64,000 nt of DNA from Eledone cirrhosa. Taxonomy: Eukaryota. The notes under the pieces are model-generated. The model ran no database searches, was not told the DNA's origin, and saw only the letters and a list, made by a program, of their open reading frames with translations. The stretch covers positions 12,090,001 through 12,154,000 of the forward strand of contig OZ024745.1 in assembly GCA_964016885.1 (NCBI GenBank). The letters are read 5' to 3'. Every line of letters starts with the position of its first letter. Positions within the stretch are counted from its first letter, which is position 1. Position numbers and translations under genes: made by a program. Below are positions 53,835-64,000 of the stretch, one piece after another.

Positions 53835-56800
53835 CTGCTGGTGAGGGTCACTACGGTGTTTCCTCTATCAAGGTTTATTAGGCAGCAGTCATCTACCGGT
53901 GAGAGTCACTACGGTGTTTCCTCTATCAAGGTTTATTAGGCAGCAGTCATCTACCGGTGAGAGTCACTACGGTGTTTCCTCTATCAAGGTTTATTAGGCA
54001 GCAGTCATCTACTGGTGAGGGTCACTACGGTGTTTCCTGTATCAAGGTTTATTAGGCAGCAGTCATCTACTGGTGAGAGTCACTACGGTGTTTCCTCTAT
54101 CAAGGTTTATTAGGCAGCAGTCATCTACTGGTGGGAGTCACTACGGTGTTTCCTCTATCAAGGTTTATTAGGCAGCAGTCACCTACTTGTGAGGGTCACT
54201 ACGGTGTTTCCCATATCAAGGTTTATTAGGCAGCAGTCATCTACTGGTGAGAGTCACTACGGTGTTTCCTCTATCAAGGTTTATTAGGCAGCAGTCATCT
54301 ACTGGTGAGGGTCACTACGGTGTTTCCTCTATCAAGGTTTATTAGGCAGCAGTCATCTACTGGTGAGAGTCACTACGGTGTTTCCTCTATCAAGGTTTAT
54401 TAGGCAGCAGTCATCTACTGGTGAGGGCCACTACGGTGTTTCCTCTATCAAGGTTTATTAGGCAGCAGTCACCTACTTGTGAGGGTCACTACGGTGTTTC
54501 CTCTATCAAGGTTTATTAGGCAGCAGTCATCTACTGGTGAGAGTCACTACGGTGTTTCCTATATCAAGGTTTATTAGGCAGCAGTCATCTACTGGTGAGA
54601 GTCACTACGGTGTTTCCCATATGAAGGTTTATTAGGCAGCAGTCATCTACTGGTGAGAGTCACTACGGTGTTTCCTCTATCAAGGTTTATTAGGCAGCAG
54701 TCATCTACTTGTGAGGGTCACTACGGTGTTTCCTCTATCAAGGTTTATTAGGCAGCAGTCATCTACTGGTGAGAGTCACTACGGTGTTTCCTCTATCAAG
54801 GTTTATTAGGCAGCAGTCATCTACTTGTGAGGGTCACTACGGTGTTTCCTCTATCAAGGTTTATTAGGCAGCAGTCATCTACTGGTGGGAGTCACTACGG
54901 TGTTTCCTCTATCAAGGTTTATTAGGCAGCAGTCATCTACTGGTGAGGGTCACTACGGTGTTTCCCATATCAAGGTTTATTAGGCAGCAGTCACCTACTG
55001 ATGAGAGTCACTACGGTGTTTCCTCTATCAAGGTTTATTAGGCAGCAGTCATCTACTGGTGGGAGTCACTACGGTGTTTCCTCTATCAAGGTTTATTAGG
55101 CAGCAGTCATCTACTGGTGAGGGCCACTACGGTGTTTCCTCTATCAAGGTTTATTAGGCAGCAGTCACCTACTTGTGAGGGTCAATACGGTGTTTCCTAT
55201 ATCAAGGTTTATTAGGCAGCAGTCATCTACTGGTGAGAGTCACTACGGTGTTTCCTCTATCAAGGTTTATTAGGCAGCAGTCATCTACTGGTGGGAGTCA
55301 CTACGGTGTTTCCTCTATCAAGGTTTATTAGGCAGCAGTCATCTACTGGTGAGGGTCACTACGGTGTTTCCTCTATCAAGGTTTATTAGGCAGCAGTCAT
55401 CTACTGGTGAGGGTCACTACAGTGTTTCCCATATCAAGGTTTATTAGGCAGCAGTCATCTACTTGTGAGGGTCACTACGGTGTTTCCTCTATCAAGGTTT
55501 ATTAGGCAGCAGTCATCTACTGGTGAGGGTCACTACGGTGTTTCCTCTATCAAGGTTTATTAGGCAGCAGTCATCTACTGGTGAGGGTCACTACAGTGTT
55601 TCCTCTATCAAGGTTTATTAGGCAGCAGTCATCTACTGGTGAGGGTCACTACGGTGTTTCCTCTATCAAGGTTTATTAGGCAGCAGTCATCTACTTGTGA
55701 GAATCACTACAGTGTTTCCCATATCAAGGTTTATTAGGCAGCAGTCATCTACCGGTGAGGGTCACTACGGTGTTTCCTCTATCAAGGTTTATTAGGCAGC
55801 AGTCACCTACTTGTGAGGGTCACTACGGTGTTTCCCATATCAAGGTTTATTAGGCAGCAGTCATCTACTGGTGAGAGTCACTGCGGTGTTTCCTCTATCA
55901 AGGTTTATTTGACAGCAGTCACCTACTGGTGAGAGTCACTACAGTGTTTCCCATATCAAGGTTTATTAGGCAGCAGTCATCTACCGGTGAGGGTCACTAC
56001 GGTGTTTCCCATATCAAGGTTTATTAGGCAGCAGTCACCTACTGGTGAGAGTCACTACGGTGTTTCCTCTATCAAGGTTTATTAGGCAGCAGTCATCTAC
56101 TGATGAGGGTCACGACGGTGTTTCCCATATGAAGGTTTATTAGGCAGCAGACATCTACTGGTGAGGGTCACTACGGTGTTTCCTCTATCAAGGTTTATTA
56201 GGCAGCAGTCATCTACTGGTGAGGGCCACTACGGTGTTTCCTCTATCAAGGTTTATTAGGCAACAGTCATCTACTGGTGAGAGTCACTACGGTGTTTCCT
56301 CTATCAAGGTTTATTAGGCAGCAGTCATCTACTGGTGAGGGTCACTACGGTGTTTCCTCTATCAAGGTTTATTAGGCAGCAGTCATCTACTGGTGAGGGT
56401 CACTACGGTGTTTCCCATATCAAGGTTTATTAGGCAGCAGTCACCTACTGATGAGAGTCACTACGGTGTTTCCTCTATCAAGGTTTATTAGGCAGCAGTC
56501 ATTTACTGGTGAGGGTCACTACGGTGTTTCCTCTATCAAGGTTTATTAGGCAGCAGTCACCTACTTGTGAGGGTCACTACGGTGTTTCCTCTATCAAGGT
56601 TTATTAGGCAGCAGTCACCTACTTGTGAGGGTCACTACGGTGTTTCCTATATCAAGGTTTATTAGGCAGCAGTCATCTACTGGTGAGAGTCACTACGGTG
56701 TTTCCTCTATCAAGGTTTATTAGGCAGCAGTCATCTACTGGTGGGAGTCACTACGGTGTTTCCTCTATCAAGGTTTATTAGGCAGCAGTCACCTACTTGT

Positions 56801-57658
56801 GAGGGTCACTACGGTGTTTCCTATATCAAGGTTTATTAGGCAGCAGTCATCTACTGATGAGAGTCACTACGGTGTTTCCTCTATCAAGGTTTATTAGGCA
56901 GCAGTCATCTACTGGTGAGGGTCACTACCTTGTTTCCCATATCAAGGTTTATTAGGCATCAGTCATCTACCGGTGAGAGTCACTGCGGTGTTTCCTCTAT
57001 CAAGGTTTATTAGGCAGCAGTCATCTACTGGTGAGGGTCACTACCTTGTTTCCCATATCAAGGTTTATTAGGCATCAGTCATCTACCGGTGAGAGTCACT
57101 GCGGTGTTTCCCATATCAAGGTTTATTAGGCAGCAGTCATCTACTGGTGAGGGTCACTACCTTGTTTCCCATATCAAGGTTTATTAGGCAGCAGTCACCT
57201 ACTGATGAGGGTCACTACGGTGTTTCCCATATCAAGGTTTATTAGGTAGCAGTCATCTACTGGTGAGGGTCACTACGGTGTTTGCCATATCAAGGTTTAT
57301 TAGGCAGCAGTCATCTACTGATGAGGGTCACTACGGTGTTTCCCATATCAAGGTTTATTAGGTAGCAGTCATCTACTGGTGAGGGTCACTACGGTGTTTG
57401 CCATATCAAGGTTTATTAGGCAGCAGTCATCTACTGGTGAGGGTCACTACGGTGTTTGCCATATCAAGGTTTATTAGGTAGCAGTCATCTACTGGTGAGG
57501 GTCACTACGGTGTTTGCCATATCAAGGTTTATTAGGCAGCAGTCATCTACTGATGAGGGTCACTACGGTGTTTCCCATATCAAGGTTTATTAGGTAGCAG
57601 TCATCTAATGGTGAGAGTCACTACAGTGTTTCCCATATCAAGGTTTATTAGGCAGCAG
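53835..57658. repeat. 58-bp minisatellite, ~66 copies
   Basis: Unit GTGAG(G/A)GTCACTACGGTGTTTCCTCTATCAAGGTTTATTAGGCAGCAGTCATCTACTG. Unit starts at 53841 and 57611 are exactly 65 x 58 bp apart. Confidence 0.98.
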
Positions 57659-57879
57659 CCTCTGGCTTTACACCTCGTCTCTACCATGTGCGATCTTGCA
57701 CCAATTCAAAACTTCATTATCGTTATTATGTTTCCATTTATGATATCATCTAGTTGTTATCGTTTCATGTATTTTATTTTTACTTGCTCTTCGTTTTTTT
57801 CGTTTTGCGTCTGTAATTTGTTTTACAAAGGCATTATTCTCATCAAAAACCAAAGAAAATTTAATTATTTGTATTTCCG

Positions 57880-58001
57880 TTTTCTCTCCTTCTCTCCCTC
57901 TTTCTTTCTCCATCTCTCTCTATCTCTATCTATCTATCTATCTATCTCTATCTCTCATTCTCTCCCTCTTCTCCGTCTCTCTCTCTCTCGCCCTCTCTCT
58001 G

Positions 58002-58033
<32 letters not shown>

Positions 58034-58070
58034 ACTCTCTCTCTCTCTCTATCTCTATCTCTCATTCTCT
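57880..58070. repeat. (CT)n/(CTAT)n pyrimidine-rich microsatellite
   Basis: CT and CTAT runs forming a long polypyrimidine region upstream of the AOC exon acceptor. Confidence 0.9.
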
Positions 58071-58094
58071 CGTGTTCTTTTCCAATTTCATTCG

Positions 58095-58120
58095 TATTTC
58101 TTTCTGTCTTTCCTTGCAGT
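58095..58120 (+). promoter_or_regulatory. 3' splice acceptor of the AOC exon
   Basis: TATTTCTTTCTGTCTTTCCTTGCAG|T, with the AG at 58118-58119. Confidence 0.7.
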
Positions 58121-58153
58121 AATAATTACAAACAACAATACAAACAAATAAAA

Positions 58154-58234
58154 GAAGAAGAAGAAGAAGAAGAAGAAGAAGAAGAAGAAGAAGAAGAAGA
58201 AGAAGAAGAAGAAGAAGAAGAAGAAGAAGAAGAA
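58154..58234 (+). repeat. (GAA)27 microsatellite in the AOC exon leader
   Basis: A perfect 81-bp GAA run ending 12 nt before the ATG at 58247, in frame with the CDS. Confidence 0.95.
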
Positions 58235-58246
58235 GATATACTAAGA

Positions 58247-60337
58247 ATGGCCGACATTAATACTGTGAAAGGGCTTTTTGTTCTGTCAGTTCTTATAAAC
58301 ATTTCTTTATTAACAGGTATTCTGACTCTGCTCGCTATCAGTGACTACAGTGGTGATGAGGACAACTTGGAAGCTCTTCACTGCAACAAGAAAGAGTCAC
58401 CGGTTGACGATGCAGGGCCGAATATGTTTGAACTACGCTACAGAAAGCACAGAATATTTGATTCTTTGAACGTTGAAGAGATTGAAGCTGTTCGAAAATA
58501 TCTCTTTAGTCAGAAATCATTAAATTTAGTCCATCCCTCGAAAGCGAAAATCACGGATAATTATATATTTTTGATGGAATCACAAACTCCTAAAAAACTA
58601 AAAGTTCTCAGGTTTCTTGATCACGTTGGCCCCGAGCCACCAAGACAAGCCAAAGTCATTATAATGAAAGGTCAAGGGAAATTACCAATGGTAGAAGAAT
58701 ATATCGTTGGACCTTTACCGAAACCGAAGTATCATTACTTAAACAATAAAACCGCAAAGCAGAACCCTTTACCGTTTAGAATTCGGCCGTTTAATAATCC
58801 TGAAATAGCGGCACTCATGTACGAAGTCTTACCAGAAACCATGTCAAGTCTTAACAAAGTACTACAAGATATATATGGTGCACAACTCTCGCCCAATGGA
58901 TGTGAAGATCTATGCTTAACCTTCACGGCCGCTCCAGTTTCTACGTCATTTGTCCGCGAAAGAAAGTTATGGATTCCATTATTTTATAATCTAGAATTTC
59001 CTACACTTCATCCGATTGACTTTCAGTTACTAATAAATATTAACCACAAAAATATCAAAGATTGGAAAATTGAGCAAATATGGCATTCCGGCGTCCTTTA
59101 CAATTCCACGGAATACTTTCTTAAAACTTACAAACAAAATAGTATTCCCCGAATGAAGGTTGACACAAAAAAACTACGTGAAAGTACTCGTGGTTATCTT
59201 CATTCCAGGGGTAAATTGTTTCCCAATAAACCTTCTTCTGGTCCACAACAATTTGAAACATCAAGTAAAAGATATAAAATAGTAGGTAATAAAGTTATAT
59301 ATATGAAATGGTCTTTTGACTATCGTGTTTCGGCTATTCAAGGTCTCCAACTTTTTGATATTAGGTTCGGTAATGATAGAATCGTGTACGAAATGAGTCT
59401 TCAAGAAATGGCTGTTCTTTACAGTGGTTTTAATCCATTCATGAAATATATGCACGTTGCTGATACAGTTGATTTACCAGGGAAAGGATTCGGGCTCGTT
59501 CCTGGAATCGACTGTCCTCACCATGCAACGTTTTTAAATGCAACACATGCTACAGAAGAATTCGATCAAGCAAAAGTTTACCAAAACGCAATTTGTGTTT
59601 TTGAATTTAACAAGGATACACCGTTCAGACGACATCATTCTAACAATATTCGAGGCGGTGTCTTCTACTCTGGCTTAGTCAATAACGTTCTTATTGTAAG
59701 ATCTATTTCAGTGGTCTACAATTACGATTATATATTTGACTACATATTTTATCAAAATGGAGCCATGGAAGTTAAAATTTATTCCACTGGTTACGTCTAT
59801 ACGACAACTTTCTCTGAAGCTGAGAGGCCATATGCTGTTCCTGTTGATCAAAACCTCGTAGCAAGCATACATGCACATCTCTTCCATTTCAAAGTCGACT
59901 TAGATATTTTAGGAGAGAAAAACAGATATGAAACTTGGGACGTAAAAGTTGAAAATAAAACCAATATTTGGACAAATAACTATGAAGAGTTCCATCAATA
60001 CTGGCTTGATCGGAAACTAAAACGTACAGAGAAGGAAGCTATTTACAAATATAATTTCAATACGCCAAAATATCACACAATTCTGAATAATGACAAGACA
60101 AACTATCACGGTGTCCCCAGAGGGTATCGAATACACAACAAAGGAATGGTAAAGCAACTGCTACCAGAAAACTTTCATATGGAAAGTTCAATATCATGGT
60201 CACGTTATCAGATGGCTGTTACTCAGTTTAAAGACAGAGAAGAAAAAAGCAGTTCTATCACAGCATTGTTTGGAACTAAGAATCCCGCAGTAAAATTTTC
60301 TGATTTCTTGGAAGATGACGACGATATTGTTGATATG
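58247..60337 (+). CDS. AOC1: Copper-containing (TPQ) amine oxidase, AOC1/AOC3-like, type II membrane anchored; large coding exon, 3'-partial
   Basis: Likely start MADINTVKG (AGAATGG context), then a hydrophobic anchor GLFVLSVLINISLLTGILTLLAIS. Family motifs: GLQLFDIRF.N.RIVYEMSLQE, LVPGIDCP.HATF, cofactor motif NYDY (Tyr codon 59723-59725), copper-ligand H-X-H in HAHLFHFKVDLDILG (59870-59878), RGYRI and SWSRYQMAVT. The exon ends at DDIVDM|GTAAGT (phase 0). The symbol indicates family; exact orthology is not established. Confidence 0.93.
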
Positions 60338-60343
60338 GTAAGT
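60338..60343 (+). promoter_or_regulatory. 5' splice donor after the AOC exon
   Basis: ATG|GTAAGT is a consensus donor, and AOC homology stops exactly here. The C-terminal DLV.WV...HIP segment is missing from the window. Confidence 0.9.
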
Positions 60344-60355
60344 TATCATTTATCC

Positions 60356-60572
60356 CGGTAAATTGGCAGTAATCGGTAGAGCGTCAGACAACCTGCTTTG
60401 CAACATATACTTATGGCCCTTTACATTCTGAGTTCAAATCCCACCGAGGCTAACTTTGCCTTTCATCCTTACATGGTCGATAAAATAAAGTACCAGTAAT
60501 GCACTGGGGTCGATTTGATCTACTTCCCCCTCCCCACAAGAATTGTTGACCTTGTACCTAAATCAGAAACCA
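60356..60572 (+). mobile_element. tRNA-derived SINE, family A, near full length, intronic
   Basis: GGTAAATTGGCAGTAATCGGTAGAG...TTCTGAGTTCAAATCCCACCGAGG...GCCTTTCATCCTTACATGGTCGATAAAATAAAGTACCAGTAATGCACTGGGGTCGAT...CCTTGTACCTAAATCAGAAACCA. Confidence 0.9.
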
Positions 60573-60596
60573 TTATTTATCCCTGTCCCTCAGAGT

Positions 60597-60715
60597 TGTG
60601 CATTGTCAGGATTATTAGAGTGTCGGGTTTGACAGTACTTTCCCCGTGTTCTGAGTTCAAACCTGCTCACATCAACTTTGCATTTCATTGTTACGGGGTC
60701 GGTAGAGTGCCAGTG
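60597..60715 (+). mobile_element. Diverged SINE family A fragment merging into the 52-bp array
   Basis: TTCTGAGTTCAAACCTGCTCACATCAACTTTGCATTTCATTGTTACGGGGTCGGTAGAGTGCCAGT aligns with the family A core. Confidence 0.7.
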
Positions 60716-62872
60716 TCTGTGAAGCTTTACATCAGGTGTTTGTTACGGGGTCGGTAGAGTGCCAGTGCCTGTGAAGCTTTACATCAGGTGTTTGTTACGG
60801 GGTCGGTAGAGTGCCAGTGTCTGTGAAACTTTACATCAGGTGTTTGTTACGGGGCCGGTAGAGTGCCAGTGTTTGTGAAGCTTTACATCAGGTGTTTGTT
60901 ACGGGGTCGGTAGAGTGCCAGTGTCTGTGAAACTTTACATCAGGTGTTTGTTACGGGGCCGGTAGAGTGCCAGTGTTTGTGAAGCTTTACATCAGGTGTT
61001 TGTTACGGGGTCGGTAGAGTGCCAGTGTTTGTGAAGCTTTACATCAGGTGTTTGTTACGGGGCCGGTAGAGTGCCAGTGTTTGTGAAGCTTTACATCAGG
61101 TGTTTGTTACGGGGTCGGTAGAGTGCCAGTGTTTGTGAAGCTTTACATCAGGTGTTTGTTACGGGGTCGGTAGAGTGCCAGTGTTTGTGAAGCTTTACAT
61201 CAGGTGTTTGTTACGGGGCCGGTAGAGTGCCAGTGTTTGTGAAGCTTTACATCAGGTGTTTGTTACGGGGTCGGTAGAGTGCCAGTGTTTGTGAAGCTTT
61301 ACATCAGGTGTTTGTTACGGGGTCGGTAGAGTGCCAGTGTTTGTGAAGCTTTACATCAGGTGTTTGTTACGGGGCCGGTAGAGTGCCAGTGTTTGTGAAG
61401 CTTTACATCAGGTGTTTGTTACGGGGTCGGTAGAGTGCCAGTGTTTGTGAAGCTTTACATCAGGTGTTTGTTACGGGGTCGGTAGAGTGCCAGTGTCTGT
61501 GAAGCTTTACATCAGGTGTTTGTTACGGGGTCGGTAGAGTGCCAGTGTTTGTGAAGCTTTACATCAGGTGTTTGTTACGGGGCCGGTAGAGTGCCAGTGT
61601 TTGTGAAGCTTTACATCAGGTGTTTGTTACGGGGTCGGTAGAGTGCCAGTGTTTGTGAAGCTTTACATCAGGTGTTTGTTACGGGGTCGGTAGAGTGCCA
61701 GTGTCTGTGAAGCTTTACATCAGGTGTTTGTTACGGGGTCAGGAGAGTGCCAGTGTCTGTGAAGCTTTACATCAGGTGTTTGTTACGGGGCCGGTAGAGT
61801 GCCAGTGTCTGTGAAGCTTTACATCAGGTGTTTGTTACGGGGTCGGTAGAGTGCCAGTGTCTGTGAAGCTTTACATCAGGTGTTTGTTACGGGGCCGGTA
61901 GAGTGCCAGTGTCTGTGAAGCTTTACATCAGGTGTTTGTTACGGGGTCGGTAGAGTGCCAGTGTTTGTGAAGCTTTACATCAGGTGTTTGTTACGGGGCC
62001 GGTAGAGTGCCAGTGTTTGTGAAGCTTTACATCAGGTGTTTGTTACGGGGTCGGTAGAGTGCCAGTGTCTGTGAAGCTTTACATCAGGTGTTTGTTACGG
62101 GGTCGGTAGAGTGCCAGTGTCTGTGAAGCTTTACATCAGGTGTTTGTTACGGGGTCGGTAGAGTGCCAGTGTCTGTGAAGCTTTACATCAGGTGTTTGTT
62201 ACGGGGTCGGTAGAGTGCCAGTGTCTGTGAAGCTTTACATCAGGTGTTTGTTACGGGGTCGGTAGAGTGCCAGTGTCTGTGAAGCTTTACATCAGGTGTT
62301 TGTTACGGGGTCGGTAGAGTGCCAGTGTCTGTGAAGCTTTACATCAGGTGTTTGTTACGGGGTCGGTAGAGTGCCAGTGTCTGTGAAGCTTTACATCAGG
62401 TGTTTGTTACGGGGTCGGTAGAGTGCCAGTGTCTGTGAAGCTTTACATCAGGTGTTTGTTACGGGGTCGGTAGAGTGCCAGTGTCTGTGAAGCTTTATAT
62501 CAGGTGTTTGTTACGGGGTCGGTAGAGTGCCAGTGTTTGTGAAGCTTTATATCAGGTGTTTGTTACGGGGTCGGTAGAGTGCCAGTGTCTGTGAAGCTTT
62601 ACATCAGGTGTTTGTTACGGGGTCGGTAGAGTGCCAGTGTCTGTGAAGCTTTACATCAGGTGTTTGTTACGGGGTCGGTAGAGTGCCAGTGTCTGTGAAG
62701 CTTTATATCAGGTGTTTGTTACGGGGTCGGTAGAGTGCCAGTGTCTGTGAAGCTTTACATCAGGTGTTTGTTACGGGGTCGGTAGAGTGCCAGTGTCTGT
62801 GAAGCTTTATATCAGGTGTTTGTTACGGGGTCGGTAGAGTGCCAGTGTCTGTGAAGCTTTACATCAGGTGTT
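60689..62872. repeat. 52-bp minisatellite, 42 copies
   Basis: Unit TGTTACGGGG(T/C)CGGTAGAGTGCCAGTGT(C/T)TGTGAAGCTTTACATCAGGTGTT; 2184 bp = 42 x 52. Confidence 0.98.
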
Positions 62873-62973
62873 CAGATGTTCACTCAATTGAATCTACAAC
62901 TGAGAAAGAAGGCCATCATCAGATTCTATGGACAACCATGTGTAAGCAAGTGTTTGTGCGCGTGTATACACAT

Positions 62974-63089
<116 letters not shown>

Positions 63090-63423
63090 TTAGGTAGAGA
63101 GAAACTGAATGTAGTGGTTGATTTTCTCTACAGTTCCTCTGTTATTACCGACAATACGAAGTTTCTATGACAAAACGATTAACTGTGGTTAATAAAAGGG
63201 ACCAATCGGTAAATATTTTATCGTAAGTGAAGCTGGCCACTATATTGAATGAGTCAGCTGTCTTAGTGAGGAACAACCATAAACTTAGGGTGATCATTTC
63301 TAAACCTCTTATGATTCTAAACAAGGCAATGGGAACAACTTTAATACCATATCACTTACTGAACATTTAAGTGATTGTACCGTTCCATTTATCTAATTAT
63401 CTCTCGTGTATATACGTGTATAA

Positions 63424-63444
63424 ACACACACACACACACACACA

Positions 63445-63482
<38 letters not shown>

Positions 63483-63497
63483 CACACAAGTGCACAC
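63424..63497. repeat. (CA)n microsatellite
   Basis: Nearly perfect CA run with a degenerate tail. Confidence 0.95.
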
Positions 63498-63514
63498 AGG
63501 AGATCGTTGATTCA

Positions 63515-63730
63515 GATAGCTAGCTATTTAGATAGATAAGATAGATATGTTTCTTTATTAGCCACAAGGGCACAAAAGAAGGGGACAAGTACAAATGGGG
63601 AGTTTACATACAGGTATATGAAAATAAAATTATTAATAAAATAACAAATAACAATTGAAATCCCCAATAGGAGGAGGCGTTACACAGGGGTTGTACACAC
63701 CCCGAAAAAATGTATAGATAGATAGAGAGA
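63515..63730 (-). mobile_element. Possible retroelement 3'-end remnant within (GATA)n
   Basis: The minus strand has AATAAAGAAAC followed by a (CTAT)-like tail, and GATA repeats flank both sides. No coding evidence. Confidence 0.3.
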
Positions 63731-63867
63731 TTCAAAAGAATAAGGATTTATAGTTATTTATAAAGAAAGAGAGGGGTGGACTCGGTTGTTTGACTTTTCT
63801 GTGACCAGTTAAAAGCCTCCATTCAAATATATTCAACATCATTGACTTTTCTTCCCGAGAAATCTGT

Positions 63868-64000
63868 TACTCCCCAAGTTATACTAAACTAAATACTCCA
63901 CCAATACTCCCCAAATTATACTAAACTAAATACTCCACCAATACTCCCCAAATTATACTAAACTAAATACTCCACCAATACTCCCCAAATTATACTAAAC
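63868..64000. repeat. 37-bp minisatellite, open at the right window edge
   Basis: Unit TACTCCCCAAATTATACTAAACTAAATACTCCACCAA, with starts at 63868, 63905, 63942 and 63979. Confidence 0.93.

Noticed and set aside
51833-53844. Poly-T/N/D and poly-C/V/L ORFs (51833-52087, 53144-53614, 53239-53844)
   Set aside because: These are trinucleotide microsatellite translations open in several frames.
57608-58246. N-terminal 213 aa of the 917-aa ORF
   Set aside because: It starts within the last 58-bp unit and reads through CT/CTAT microsatellite and a splice acceptor. Only 58120-58246 could be coding, and only by splicing.
58735-59455. Short antisense ORFs within the AOC exon
   Set aside because: They are shadow ORFs of the real plus-strand CDS.
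60338-60361. ORF C-terminus VSYHLSR*
   Set aside because: This is read-through past the GTAAGT donor into the intron and SINE; the conserved AOC C-terminus is missing.
60515-60757. 80-aa ORF as the next AOC exon
   Set aside because: It is made of SINE and minisatellite sequence and lacks the DLV.W/HIP motifs.

Overview
Eukaryotic (metazoan) genomic DNA. The SINE families present look cephalopod/octopus-like; this is recognised from memory and not checked by search. Bases 1-~46980 are one 49-bp satellite of about 960 monomers, with nested higher-order duplications. The rest of the window holds six main components: (1) a fragmented minus-strand RLE-type (R4/Dong-like) non-LTR retrotransposon; (2) about eight tRNA-derived SINE copies; (3) minisatellites with 22, 16, 17/18, 58, 52 and 37 bp units; (4) microsatellites; (5) a candidate minus-strand exon next to the satellite; (6) one large coding exon of a membrane-anchored copper/TPQ amine oxidase (AOC family) whose last exon lies outside the window. 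The most striking observation is that, on the minus strand, each 49-bp monomer reads as a complete miniature intron (GTAAGA...ATAAC...TTTGTTTCATTTAG). The array is therefore about 960 back-to-back AG|GTAAGA recursive-splice-like junctions. Whether any are used in splicing cannot be seen from the sequence. Other notable points are a minisatellite born inside a SINE, a template-switch hairpin in a SINE B-box, and a fold-back AT-rich array.
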